Made by a program: the position numbers and the translations under genes
The notes under the pieces: generated by a model
The model's input: only the letters and a program-made list of their open reading frames with translations
What the model was told of the DNA's origin: nothing
Database searches by the model: none
Part shown: in pieces, positions 1-13,629 of the stretch
Layout of the letters: each line of letters starts with the position of its first letter
Position numbering within the stretch: position 1 is the stretch's first letter
NCBI GenBank assembly: GCA_951406725.2
Contig: OX597824.1
Location: forward strand, 92,256,001 to 92,320,000
Direction of reading: 5' to 3'
Length of the DNA stretch: 64,000 bases
Source: Octopus vulgaris
Taxonomy: Eukaryota

Positions 1-922
1 ACGCTTTCATACGATCGTAGTAATCATCAGATTTCAAAATTTATTTAACTGACAATTGAGTTCCTCACAGCTGTAGTAAAATGACTGACGTCTTCCTTTT
101 TATACATTTTACAGGGCACCGACAAGCTGAATTTTTCGGATACGGATTGACCAATCAGCATGCACGTAAACGTTACGGTTTGCTGGATGCACCGATATTA
201 CTGGCATAGATCCCGCCTTTATTTTAACTAATTAACTTGCGGTTTACATGTACTGATTTTATTTTTCCCCCACTTTTGTTTTTTTCTCTCCTTGTGCTGG
301 TCTCCCTGTTTTTCGACCCTGTATGGTTAATAAAACAAATCAAGCCATCAGGTATGTATACGTATATGCAGATGTGTGTATGTATGTTTAATAACTTATC
401 GTATACAGTATATCTCTATTTTGTATGCTGTGTAAATTACCGAAATATCAACAAATGAACAAAATAGAAGTACATTTATGGAACCGCTAATTTAACGGTA
501 AATGCCACAATAATTATTAGAGAAAAACAAAGAATTTTATGTTTTACTTCGGAACCTTGCAACTGCTGCGATAATTAATAACTGGCAATGGGACATTTTA
601 TGTAAATTGTTTTAAAGGAAATGAAAATAAAATTTCATATTGATACTAGCCATCACGCACTTCACGCATATCAGTCGTCAGGTATGAATGTGTAGATGTA
701 TGTGTGTGTACTTAAAGTAGCGTATATAGTATGTCTTTGTTTTTGCATGCAGTGTAAATGACTCCCTCAAAATTACATATTGACACGCTTGGAGTTTCAA
801 AGTATTACCATGTAAAATTTGATTTGATTTGATTTCAGCCGTTTGTGAATGCATTGGGAACAGACAGCCATACAAAGGATTTATATATATATATATATGT
901 GTGTGTATATATATATATATAT

Positions 923-1547
<625 letters not shown>

Positions 1548-1960
1548 AGAAATCGAAAACAGAGAGTTGCTTATTTGCAAAAACAAAAGAAATATAAAAT
1601 GTGACTTCATTGACCGAGGTTACCGTGGTCTTTTCCGTAGGCTTTTCTTTCCACGGGTAAACCTCACCTGTCCTCCCCTTTACACTTCATATTGACATTT
1701 CTGTGATAACGATCCCTATTGATCAATTTTTTTCCTCTCCTTTTTTTAACCCCCTTTTTTGTCCTCTTTCTCTCCTTTTACGATCCCTTTTGATCGAAAC
1801 TCCCCCTTCCTCTTTTTTTTTTTTTTTTTTTTTTAAACCTTCAAAAGAAAAGCTCTACCTTGTAATTTGTTCTATCTGTGTGCAGCCCTGTGTGGCTAAT
1901 AAAGAAACATATCTATCTATCTATCTATCTCTCCGTCTATCTATCTATTTATTTATCAGT

Positions 1961-1994
<34 letters not shown>

Positions 1995-2551
1995 GTGTCA
2001 TCTATCTATTTATCTATTTATCTATATGTCTATCTATCTACCTGTCTATCTATATATCTATCTATCTGTCTATCTACATATCTATCAATCTAACTGCCTC
2101 TCTATCTATATGTGTGAGTTGTGCATGTGTATACGTAGACTCTCATGACTGCTTGCATCCATGCACACATCAGTGTTCATGGATGCAAATACCATTGCAT
2201 ACATCTCTACCTGTGATTATATATATATATACGGGACCATACACGCACGGACGCAGACGCATACACACACGCATCTAAATTACATGAAGGGCCAGGCGAC
2301 ATGCACTTTTCTTGCTATTTGGTTTGAAGTCAACCTCCTTCTTGTATATATATTGTGCAACAATGATATATATATATGAATATCAGCCAAATGATTGGAT
2401 AGACTCATTCCATAAGATATTTCTGGCATAATGCATTTTTGATAACAATCATGCGTACTGACAATCGGCCATACATTGTAACATATTGATTCAGCATTCA
2501 ACGCATAGGCACGTGCACACACGAACATCCTATACAAAGGTTTCGTATATA

Positions 2552-2636
<85 letters not shown>

Positions 2637-2912
2637 ATATAAATTTATAAGTATATATTGATACTTATATATATGCATATACATGTACGTAATATATTGA
2701 TGAATACATATATATAAGCATATATATATGCATATATGTACATATATATATATGTATATATGCATGTATGTATGTATGTATGTACTTATAGTTATGTATA
2801 TACATCTGCATGTACATGAATCCTGGAGCATATGGTAACCAAATATCTATATATGTCTTCATAACAACATAAACATACATACATACGTATGTATATGTGT
2901 GTGTGTGTGTGC

Positions 2913-2987
<75 letters not shown>

Positions 2988-2988
2988 C

Positions 2989-3037
<49 letters not shown>

Positions 3038-3042
3038 TATAC

Positions 3043-3083
<41 letters not shown>

Positions 3084-3741
3084 TTCAGATACATATGTGT
3101 GTGCGCGTGTGGATGTATTTCTCTACTTACGTGCCACACCGCGAAATGCTCGACAGATCAAAATTTTTTTTTCCCTTTCATTTACTTATATCAAACAGAA
3201 TCTACATCTCGCATTGAACAAAGCAAATGTATTGATAACACACGTGTCAAATGAACAAAACCACTTACTTACTCTCGACACTAACTTTCTATGTAATACT
3301 GGTCGTTTTGAAAGCTCATGCTGGGTCCTGCCATGCGTATTTCCCGTTACTAATTTCATCTCGCTGAAGCAACGGGCTTCTTTATAATGCCAAAATTATT
3401 TTCACCTTTGAATCGCTCGCTAAAAAAATATAATGAAAGAAAAAACAAAATGGGGGATATCGTAGCGCTGAGTTTGGCACATACTCATGCATATTCAGGG
3501 TAGCGATGAACCCCTGCGTACATCATGGCTTTTGTGTGGAATAGCTATGAAATCTCTCGTATATAATGCATTGCAGCTCCCAGAAATAAAACGCAAAGCG
3601 GAAAATATTTGATAATGCTTGCTCAGCTACCGAGTGTAATGAAAAATATGTGACAGTCATTGTCGGAATGATTTTACGAACGTGGTGGCATATCTTGCTA
3701 GAAATAGCAATCAAATTTCTCACAAAACAAATAATACTTGT

Positions 3742-4042
3742 TTCAGTCAATTGATTGCGGTTATGCTGGAGCACCGCCTCCAAGAAGTTTTAGTCCAATG
3801 AATCGATCCCGGGTGCTTTAGCATATTTTTAAAAAGCCTGATGCTTATTCTATCAGTTTTTTTTATGCCGAACCGCTAAGTTACCGGGCTGTAAACACAT
3901 CAACAGTGGTTATCAAGTAGCAGTGAAAAACACACACACATACATACACATACACACATCTGTATCTATGACAGGTTTCTTCTAGCTTCCGTCTATCAAA
4001 TCCCCAGTCACAAGAATGTAGTCGGTTCGAGGCTATAGTGGA
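3742..4042 (-). mobile_element. Partial copy of bipartite tRNA-derived SINE (family S1)
   Basis: Matches the reverse complement of 34850-35150 (tgctggagcaccgcc, ccgaaccgctaagttac, internal (CA)n, ggctatagt). Confidence 0.75.
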
Positions 4043-4357
4043 AACCGACAGAATAAATAACGCGCTTAGAAAAAATACAGTACTGTTTCTCATTATTTCG
4101 ACCAAAATTCTTCAACGGTTGTGCCCCAGCATGGCCACAGTGTAATAACTCAACTATAAGGTAAAAACTAAACAATATTAGTATATTTTCGCAAAAGCGG
4201 TCTCTTATATGGATCCCTGCATATTGAACTTCCCTCTAAACAATGAATGGATAAGTTTGATGATGTAAAAAACATTACATTTAAGGTTTTAGTAAACTTA
4301 TACAATTGAGTGTTTGACAATCTCATTAATTTATATTCCATAAATATGGTAAGTGTG

Positions 4358-4600
4358 GAGGCACATGGCCTAGTGGTTAGAGCAGCCGATTCGCAGGTTC
4401 GAATTTCAGACCGGGCGATAGAAGGTAATGGCGAACTTCTGCTGACTGTTTCGCCACAATTTTTTCTCGCTCTTTCTTTCTGCATCTTGCAGTTCACCTT
4501 CGACGAACCAGTGTCCCGTCCAGGTGGGGAACCTATATGCCAATGAAACCGGGAAACCGGCCCTTATAAACCAGGCGTGACTCGAGAAGAAACAAACAAA
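4358..4600 (+). mobile_element. tRNA(Arg)-like-headed SINE (family S3)
   Basis: Head ggaggcacatggcctagtggttagagcagccg...ggttcgaatttcagaccgggcg has A/B-box-like motifs and is homologous to the heads at 12983 and 30001. A-rich tail. Confidence 0.75.
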
Positions 4601-4682
4601 TAAGTCTTCTGCAATTTTAGTTTTAGATCAATTTTGTTCATTCTCAATGTGATTCGGGCATTAATATTTTTGTATGAACACT

Positions 4683-5035
4683 AGGTGGCAAGCTGGCGAA
4701 ATCTTTTGCACGTCAGCTCTGTGACTATCTTTACGTTCTGAGTTGAAATTCCACCGATGTCGAATTTTCCTTTCATCATTTTGTGTCCATAAAACATGAA
4801 CCATTTGAGCACTGGGGTCCAAGTAACCAATTTACCCCCAACTTCCAAATTGCTTGCTTTGAAGCTAATATTTCTTTTAAAATTATAGCACGCCGGATAA
4901 AACACTCGGCGCCGAGGTCGAGTTTGCTTTTCATACTTTCGGAGACGATAAAATATGTGCCCTTTGAGAACTTGGGGTCGAAATAAACTACATATCTATT
5001 CCCCCCAAATTGCTGGCCTTGTGCCAAAGTTTGAC
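4683..5035 (+). mobile_element. Degenerate copies of SINE family S2
   Basis: Motifs gctggcgaaa, acgttctgagttgaaattcc, gccgaggtcga, ggccttgtgcc shared with the 10772 and 17942 copies. Confidence 0.7.
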
Positions 5036-5953
5036 ATCAACATTTTTGCCTGATCTAAAGTTTGTCAAGATGTCAAAAATTCAATGAAAATAACTTTAGA
5101 ATTATGTTCAAACACTTTACAATCAGAGACATCAAATCAAATTCTTTTTCTCAAACATACACTGTACCATGTAATCTGTCTTGTTTAAACGACAGTGTGA
5201 TATTTGTTGCTGGAGATTTCGCTACTAATACTATCAGATAAAACAACCATAATGGTAGAATCTTATTAGGTTTTTTTTTTGTCTTTTAATATCTTTGCTG
5301 TGTATGTGCAAATTTCTTCGCAATGCCATTTGAAAACTAACAAATTTCTTCAAAATATAATTCAGAAAATGTGGAAATTAAAACTAGACGTTTAACAATG
5401 TGGTGTAGAAAAAGACGACGTGCGATATTAGTTGTAGCAGGAACATGTTATTCAATTCTTTAGAAGCTTATACACGACTTTGAAACATCACATATAATAT
5501 GAAACATTAATAAAAATTAATAAACTACACAAATCAGCATTTTGTTGGAACTGCGAACATCTAAAGAAAATGTTTCTGTCTGATGTCTTTAGAACTGATG
5601 GAAGGATAACTAATTTTAGTTTCCGGTAATGAAGATTGTTAAAAGAGTAAATGAAATTTAATAAAACATAGGCTACAAGTGTATTTCGGCCGTTGGAACA
5701 ATACTCAAACAAATAATGTTATATTGAGGTGAGTGAGTAGGAATCCAACTTAGCTGGAACTTTCTTTGTGTAAATTAAAAATAGACGGGAAGTATGAATG
5801 CCTCGCTGCAGTAGAGGGGGAAATTGGCGCTGACCTAGACAACGAAGAAAATTTCTAAATGGTCGTTCAACCATGCTAGAAATACCGGGCAATTATCCTT
5901 TAGCCATCCTACTGTTCCACAAAAGACAAAAATATATACTGTGTCTACTATAT

Positions 5954-6206
5954 AAGTTAAGTTAATTTTGGGCTCAAAAAGCAAAATGCAAGGCCATGTA
6001 GGGGGACATGGAGATATGTACAGGGAGAGTGTTCATGCAAAGAGTTCAGGCCATTTCTGTTCAAGAGAGACTTTGAACCAAGCGGTCGTCGGCATCTTCA
6101 CTATCTCGTCCGGCAGCTTATTCCACTTTGAACCAAGCGGTCGTCGGCATCTTCACTATTTCGTCCGGCAGCTTATTCCACGGATCTGCAACCCGGATGG
6201 AGAAAG
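5954..6206 (-). mobile_element. 3' end of CR1/L2-group LINE (ORF2 C-terminus, 3' UTR, (TAACT)n tail)
   Basis: Minus strand translates FSIRVADPWNKLPDEIVKMPTTAWFKVSLEQKWPELFA*, matching the FS.RV...WN.LP...V......FK..L motif of CR1/L2 ORF2 ends. Contains a 55-bp internal tandem duplication. Confidence 0.8.
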
Positions 6207-6426
6207 CCCCCCCCCCTATTGTTTTATACTTAATTTTTAATGAAAATCTGAGAAGCAGCTTGTACTCGGATCAAAGCTAAATCAATGAAAGGAAAATGAA
6301 TCGTACCAAGGTGTAACGCTGAATTATGAATGTGACATTTATGCAACTGCGATATACACGAATAAATTCGGTAATTACATTTGGGGTAATTTAAAAATTA
6401 GAAAGGTGATATAACTGCGGCTTCTT

Positions 6427-7122
6427 CAACAGCTAATATGAACGACACTGGTGACCCTTCACTTCGAGGTATAACCACACATTATGATTTATAATTTGAC
6501 TAATGGTTTGATACACCGTAGATAAGAAGTATATCGAATATACTATTCGATTGACGCTCAGGAAAAATGAAAAAGTCATTTAAGATTCGAGCCAACGCTC
6601 TTCAACAGAGAATATATATATAAGAGAATATATATATCGGGGCTGAAGTCTGTTCCGGCATCTCATCAGTTATTAAGACAAAACGCTATGGAAAAAACCG
6701 TTGAATAAAGGGAATTTACTCCAGTAGTCATGGTGAAAGTAATACTTAATTCATAGAATCCGAATATGCACACATACACACACACACATGTATATATATA
6801 TATATACTCACACAGGCGCGTACATATAGATACAAGCTCGCATATATACTCTGAGTTTTATTATGACAACCAACTAATTGTCATATATTTATAAATAAAT
6901 TCCTCTATTTTACATAATATCGAGGTCTCATTCATTCTTTTGTTATATTATTAACATATATGCGTGTGTGTGTATGTGTGTGTTTTCGATTTGACTGTCG
7001 CCTCCACAACAGCTAATAAGAACGACACTGGTGACCCTTCGCTTCGAAGTATAACCGCTCATTAAGACTTATAACTTGTCTAATGGCATGACACACCGTA
7101 GATAAGAATCATATCGAATATA
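6427..7122. repeat. Pair of ~115-bp diverged direct repeats (6427-6542 and 7007-7122)
   Basis: caacagctaat...acgacactggtgacccttc...acaccgtagataagaa...atcgaatata occurs twice. Confidence 0.85.
6550..6610 (-). mobile_element. Fragment of hammerhead-bearing repeat family B
   Basis: gacgctcaggaaa...ttcgagccaacgctcttcaacag, homologous to the reverse complement of 38501-38565. Confidence 0.6.
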
Positions 7123-7646
7123 TTATTGTTATCAGTCGTAATGATTTAAAACCGCGCAACAAGTGCAACGTCTGTTAATGCATTACCTTGATTTAATAAA
7201 AGTTATAATAAATAAAACAACTACACCTTTTACAATGAGATTTATTTACAATTACAATTATTGCAAATCGCCATTAACAAAGTATTTATTATAAGATAGC
7301 TTGGTTGTAACACTATCAGAATCATCAGAGATTCGGTGTCCGTTCTTGGCTGCAAATTAAGTTAATTAATGCTACACTAAAACAAGCTCAGACTTTTTGA
7401 TCTAATCGCTAATATTGTTTCAATTATCCAAGCCAACTCAACGTATTGATTCGTGTTTCATTTCCACCATCTGATAATCAGACGCTGAGACATTGTCGAA
7501 TATACGTGTGGCATATGTGTGTGGGTGGACGCGTGTGGGTGGGTGGTTGGATGTTATGTGTGCACATGCGTATGAAGTTACAAACGCAGGTCTTCGACCA
7601 TGCATTTACATACACACACAACTGAACTGAAACAAGCATATACATA

Positions 7647-7699
<53 letters not shown>

Positions 7700-7868
7700 C
7701 ATATATATATACATATATATATACATATATATATATACATACTTATATATATATATATATATATATACATACATATATATATACATATATATACATACAT
7801 ATATATATATATATATATAGTTGAGGTTTACAGAAAAAACAAAAGACAGGTGAATAAACAACAAGAAA

Positions 7869-7923
<55 letters not shown>

Positions 7924-7966
7924 CATATATACATACTTATATATACATATATATATATGTATATAT

Positions 7967-8085
7967 GCTGTTGAAGTTTACAGAGAAACAAAAGACGAAG
8001 CCAGGTGTATAAACAAGAAGCATGTGTATCAGTTTGACGCTCGGTGAAAATGGAAAAGTCATTTAATTTTCGATCCTACGCATCC
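7967..8085 (-). mobile_element. Degenerate copy of family B repeat
   Basis: aaacaaaagacgaagccaggtg...gacgctcggtgaaa...ttttcgatcctacgc, similar to 30780-30880 and to the reverse complement of 38500-38620. Adjoins (TA)n. Confidence 0.55.
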
Positions 8086-8517
8086 AGAAGGTTTATATTC
8101 TGGGAACAGAGAAAGTAACAAATAATGAATCTCACATGGCGCGCAGGAGACTCTGACTGAGAACGGAACGTCGAACCACACACGCTGATGGAAAACACGC
8201 AGAGCCGAGATTTATTATTCCATTGATCTCGCACACATATTTGCGAATACTATAGCCTACAGCTACGGATAATTTTCTGAGACTGTTTCCTGACACACAT
8301 TTTCCCATTTAATATAATCAAGAAATCTATTAACTGCTTATCATCATCATCAGTATTCCTATCAATAAGCTTCGTAACCATCGTTGCCGTCTTCATCACT
8401 AGTTCCACCTTCACCTGCAGCTTCAGTAAGATCGTATCATCGTTGTTGTTGTGTTGTGTCGTTGTCGTCGTCATCGTCATCATCAATATCGGCCTCGGCA
8501 CATCGAAATAGTAAACA

Positions 8518-8760
8518 TTGGGTCATCCCATAAATAATTTGTTTTCAATTGCATGAACTGAAAGTTGGAGGAAGACGAGATCAACTACTTGCATGAACTT
8601 CCTATAAAAAGTAGAACTTTTACCTTGTACTTATTCTTAGTGTAAGTTTTGTAGAGTGCAGTCCGATTTTTTTTCAAAGCTGTAATGGAAGTGACAAAGG
8701 AGCACATTCGGCATATTTTGCTTTATAGGTTCAAAAAAAGGCAACGACGCAATAGAAAGT
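8518..8760 (+). mobile_element. 5' fragment of mariner transposon (left TIR and start of transposase)
   Basis: ttgggtcatcccataaataat is a mariner-type TIR. ATG at 8685 gives MEVTKEHIRHILLYRFKK(fs)GNDAIES, a mariner transposase N-terminus. Confidence 0.7.
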
Positions 8761-8947
8761 TTATGAGAGGACTCAATACATAACGTACGTAGACAGCATC
8801 GCATCTTTACTTTGATCCTTTATTCGTTTCATTCAGTGGACTGCATGGTCTAGACCAGCAGACCAGCGGGTCCCAACCTTTTCACTACCTAGGACCTTCT
8901 CTATTTAAACAAGTTTTCCCACGGACCCCTTTTAATACGATTATCCT

Positions 8948-9007
<60 letters not shown>

Positions 9008-9210
9008 TCTATATATACTGTTGAGAAACCCCTTCGTTATTGACAGACCATTGTATTGTACCTAGAGAGTTACCTTCCCAGGCACAAGTACGGAAGTCCG
9101 GGCAACGTTGTTTATGGAAGACCAGCAGTCCCACATGCATACCAGCCTCCCCTTTCCACGCCACCAGTGTTATTCAAGGAGTTTCAATATGGCAACCGAA
9201 TGATTGTCAC

Positions 9211-9256
<46 letters not shown>

Positions 9257-9260
<4 letters not shown>

Positions 9261-9463
9261 TAATCCAAACAAGAAAGCACAAAAAAACACAACAACGCGA
9301 GGACGTGGAACAAGTATAGTATTATTGGACGCTCAGGAAAGAAGGAGGGTTGAACGTTTCGAGAGGAGCTCTTCGTCGGAAACATAGGAGAAGGAAAGAT
9401 CCAGAGAAGGGAAGACAGAGGAAAGAAAATCGCCAACGGTACACACGAGGTCACATATACATA
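9257..9463 (-). mobile_element. Hammerhead-bearing repeat family A, second copy
   Basis: Homologous to 923-1102 with the same junction to (TA)n. Minus strand 9350-9382 reads TTT-CCGACGA-A-GAG-CTCCT-CTC-GAAA-CGTT. Confidence 0.7.
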
Positions 9464-9958
9464 CACGACGGAGTCCCACGTAATTTCCGGAAACTTAGCC
9501 AAGCGCCGCACCGTAGAACTGAACCCTTTACCAAACGATTGCTAAGCCTGCTTCGTAAGAATTCAGCTGTTTCGATATTCTCAAAACAGTTAAAGAGACA
9601 ATAGCAGCGCGTGTGCAAAAAATACAATTTTGAACGTCTTCCATCGCACTGTCTGTTTCAATACTTAAAGTTATGTATGCTACAATGGAAGCCACTGAGA
9701 TGCAAATTTTGATAAATGCTAACTATTTACTTAAAGCATTCAGAAATACCTATAAGCGTCTTTACTTTAGTTTTTTTTTTTTTTACTCCAGGATATATAC
9801 TGTTTGATACACTTGATCAGACGGCAGCAACCTCCTGAATATAGTTGAGCTTACCTCGGTTCAGTCTGCAGAAAGAGTTGCTGTGGTTTAACTACGTGTT
9901 CTCTTCAAACAGTGAGACTTAATGCATGGCTAGTAATCGCTCGCATTTGAAGTATTCG

Positions 9959-10066
<108 letters not shown>

Positions 10067-10771
10067 AATTTCATTAATACTATAAGCTTGATTTTATTTC
10101 TTCTTGATCTCCTCCTTCATTATTCCTTACATCCAATATTCCTCCCCCGCCTCCTCCTCCTCCCCTTTATCTTTCTTCTTCGATGTTGCCATTGTCGTCG
10201 TCGTCACCCCGTTTTACTTCTTTGATTTCCTACGATTTCTTTTCTTTTTCTTTTGTTTGTTTTAGTATTACTCTTATTCCTATTCTTATTGCTGAGGCAG
10301 CGAACTGACAGAATAGTTAGCACGCCGGACAAAATGCTCCACGGCATCTCGTTCGTTGAAATTCTAGGTGAGCACCCACTGTCAATAGTTCAGGCCTTGT
10401 GCCTATATTCTTTTCTGAGGTCGACAATCCTGATGTTTAGTGGGGCGTACAATAAATGAAGATCTAGATGAGTCTCTGGTCGTTGATGAAAATCCCTTTG
10501 GGCGGTCTCCCCGGGAGTGTTTTTAAATCGAGCCCCATGTGTAAATTCGAAAATCCTAACATGGCAGAGCGACAGTAGCGCAGTATTGTATTCTTTTCTG
10601 ATTTTATTCTTTTGTTCCAGTCATTTGACTGTGGTCATGCTGGAGCACCACCTTTAGTCGAACAAATCAAACCCATGACTTATTCTTTGTAAGCGAAGTA
10701 CTTATTTTAACTGTTTTTTTATGTCGAACAGCAGTTATAAGTTATCGGGTTAAATGCCTTACACTATAGCT

Positions 10772-11140
10772 GTGAGCTGGCAGAAACGTTAGCATGCCGG
10801 GTGAAATGCTTAGCGGTATTTCGTCTGCTGCTTCGTTCTGAGTTCAAATTCCGCCGAGGTCGACTTTTCCTTTCATCCTTTTGGGGTCGATTAAATAAGT
10901 ACCAGTTACGTACTGGGGTTGATATAATCAACTTAATCCGTTTGTCTGTCCTTGTTTGTCCTCTCTGTGTTTAGCCCCTTTTGGGTAGTAAAGAAATAGG
11001 TATTTCATCTGCCGTTACGTTCTGAGTTCAAATTCTGCTGAGGTCATCTTTGCCTTTCATCCTTTCGGGATCGATTAAATAAGTACCAGTTACGCACTGG
11101 GGTCGATGTAATCGACTTAGTACCTTTGTCTGTCCGTGTT
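10772..11140 (+). mobile_element. tRNA-derived SINE family S2, two body units
   Basis: Head gagctggcagaaacgttagc...gttctgagttcaaattccgcc (B-box), then body gaggtcgactt..cctttcatcctt..ggggtcgat..aagtaccagt occurring twice. Confidence 0.85.
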
Positions 11141-11464
11141 TGACGCTTTTATTTTTGTTCCCTTGTGAACAATAAAGAATTAAATATAGCTTCCAGATCT
11201 TTATGTTCGAAGTTCAAACACTACCGAGGTCAAACTTTGCCGTTCATTCCACCAGGAGTCGATGAAATGAAGCACCAGCCTAGTACTGGGCATGAGGTAA
11301 TTTTTTTTTTATTTCCCCTAATTTTCCCTCCCCGCTTAAAATTTCTGGTCTTGTGCCTGAATCCCCAACAGTTGTCGCTCTTACAGTTCTATATTTAAGA
11401 GATGAGGAATTATGTACATTATTTACATTTGACGAATATTTGTCCTAATCACGTTTTTTGTTAT

Positions 11465-11506
11465 CACAACGTTTCGGCTGATATACCCTCCAGCCTTCAT
11501 CAGGTG
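11465..11506 (-). ncRNA. Minimal type-I hammerhead ribozyme (Penelope-like type)
   Basis: CAC-CTGATGA-A-GGCTG-(10 nt)-CAGCC-GAAA-CG-T-T-GTG: canonical core, 5-bp stem II, palindromic ACGT stem III, 3-bp stem I. Confidence 0.7.
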
Positions 11507-11551
11507 TCTTGGGGAAATTTCGAACCTGGGTTCTCATTCCTCCTTTTTCGA

Positions 11552-11603
<52 letters not shown>

Positions 11604-11664
11604 GGAATCGAACTCGGAATTTGGAGGGTTAGTAACCCGCGCTCTTAACAACTACGCCACATGC
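11604..11664 (-). mobile_element. Isolated tRNA-derived SINE head between (ATT)n and (CTA)n
   Basis: Minus strand gcatgtggcgtagttgttaagagcgcgggttactaacc...gagttcgattcc has A and B boxes but no 3' acceptor strand. Confidence 0.65.
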
Positions 11665-11671
11665 TGAGCTA

Positions 11672-11740
<69 letters not shown>

Positions 11741-12115
11741 GTAGGCCACAGCGCAGCAGCAAATACATGCATCGATTCCTAAATAATATGTAGATATATC
11801 TTGATGCATTTGCCTAAATCTCTCCCAGGCCTCCCCCTCTCTATTTACATGTGCATACACACATATCTATACGCATTTATATATATACTTACGCATGCAT
11901 ACACTCACACGCATATATATATATATATATGTATATATATTTATATTATATACGTATACATATATGCATAATGTCATATATGTATATATGTCTATAAGGT
12001 GTCTACAAGAATTTCCATTAACATCAAAAAAAGGTTAAGTGCACAGATGTATGGCAAGTTTTTTCTTTATCTTCCATAGTTTTTCCATCTGTTTTTTTGC
12101 ATATATACATACGTA

Positions 12116-12219
<104 letters not shown>

Positions 12220-12982
12220 ATATATGTATGTATGTATATATGTATGCATGTTTGTATGCATGTTGGATTGTTGGTATGACTGTGGAATAGTATTATAACA
12301 CATCCTTTTTATATATATTTATATACATATATATATAAATATGTATATACATATATATAGATATATATATATATATATAACTATATATATACATATATAT
12401 AAATATATATATATATACATAAATATATATATATATATATAAATAACTATATATATAACTATATATTTAACTATATATATTTATAACTATATATATATAT
12501 AAAATAAATAAATGAATATATATATATGAATTTGTTATATTTAAGCTATGTATATATTTTGAACTCAGCGCTGCTGTCTACAAATGTCCTTGTACACGTG
12601 TTTCGAAATTTCACGTAGACTTTCAATTCCATGTCTCCTGCTGATTTAATGACAGTACATGTAGCTGCTGTTTTTTTTTCCCTTCTGCTCTAGTTGTCAC
12701 TGAGGTTGCTGCTGTTACTCTTATTATTGTTGTTGTTCTTGTGGCTTTCCCCCCCCCTTACCTCCCTCTCTTCCTTCTTTTTCTCCTACATTTTTTTCTT
12801 AATTTTTGTTTTGTTGTGTTTTGTCTTCCCCGTTGTTGTAGATGCTGCCTGTCTGTGTATGCAGCACGACGCACGATATTTAAAAGCAATATATCGATGT
12901 ATAAACATGGAACGCATTAACAAGACAGCAACAACAACAACTACACCTAATACTAGCAGAGGTAGCAGCAACAGCAACAGCA

Positions 12983-13290
12983 GGAGGCGCAATGGCCCAG
13001 TGGTTAGGGCAGCGGACTCGCGGTCGGAGGATCGCGGTTTCGATTCCCAGACCGGGCGTCGTGTGTGTTTATTGAGCAAAAACACCTAAAGCTCCACGAG
13101 CCTCCGGCATGGGATGGTGGCGACCTCTGTTGTACTCTTTCGCTCCAACTTTCTCGCACTCTTTCTTCCTGTTTCTTGTCCCCGACTTCCTACGCAACCG
13201 CTGAGCTTGGATGCGCATTCATCCATCCGTCGTGCTCTCGGTGTCGGGGGTTGACCTGCCTTCTCTTCTGCGGGTCTTACGATTAGCAAA
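12983..13290 (+). mobile_element. tRNA(Arg)-like-headed SINE (family S3)
   Basis: ggcgcaatggcccagtggttagggcagcggactcgcggtcggaggatcgcggtttcgattccc head, followed by body tgtttattgagc.aaaacacctaa shared with 30001. Confidence 0.85.
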
Positions 13291-13629
13291 GGACCACGTT
13301 TCGGACTTCTCCCACTACAGAGGCGCAAAGAGTTTTATTCGGACGAATCTGTCTCAGGACTTATTTTTAAAGTCTGACTCCATATTCTATCAATCTCTTT
13401 TCCTGAGCTGTATAGCTGTAGGGACATAAACAAAAGAACTACAGCTGTCAGGCGGTGTGAGGTGAAAAACAAACACACACACACACATATAAGACGATCT
13501 TCTACACAGTTTCCGTCTGCCAAATTCACGTTTATTATAGCTTGGGGGCTAGAGTAGAGTATACTTGCTCAAAGTGTTAATTCGGAACAAAATAGTTGCA
13601 AATCGATCTTCTTAAACACAGGACCCTAT

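Noticed and set aside
111-323. Possible Tc1-type MITE (tacaggg...ccctgta)
   Set aside because: The inverted match is only about 7 bp and there is no second copy in the window.
12986-13058. Possible tRNA-Arg gene
   Set aside because: Acceptor and anticodon stems do not pair properly and the sequence continues into a repeated SINE body.
13291-13325. Hammerhead-like GGA-gaag-TCC-GAAACGT on the minus strand
   Set aside because: The core reads CTGTAGT, position 17 would be G, and stem I is not convincing.
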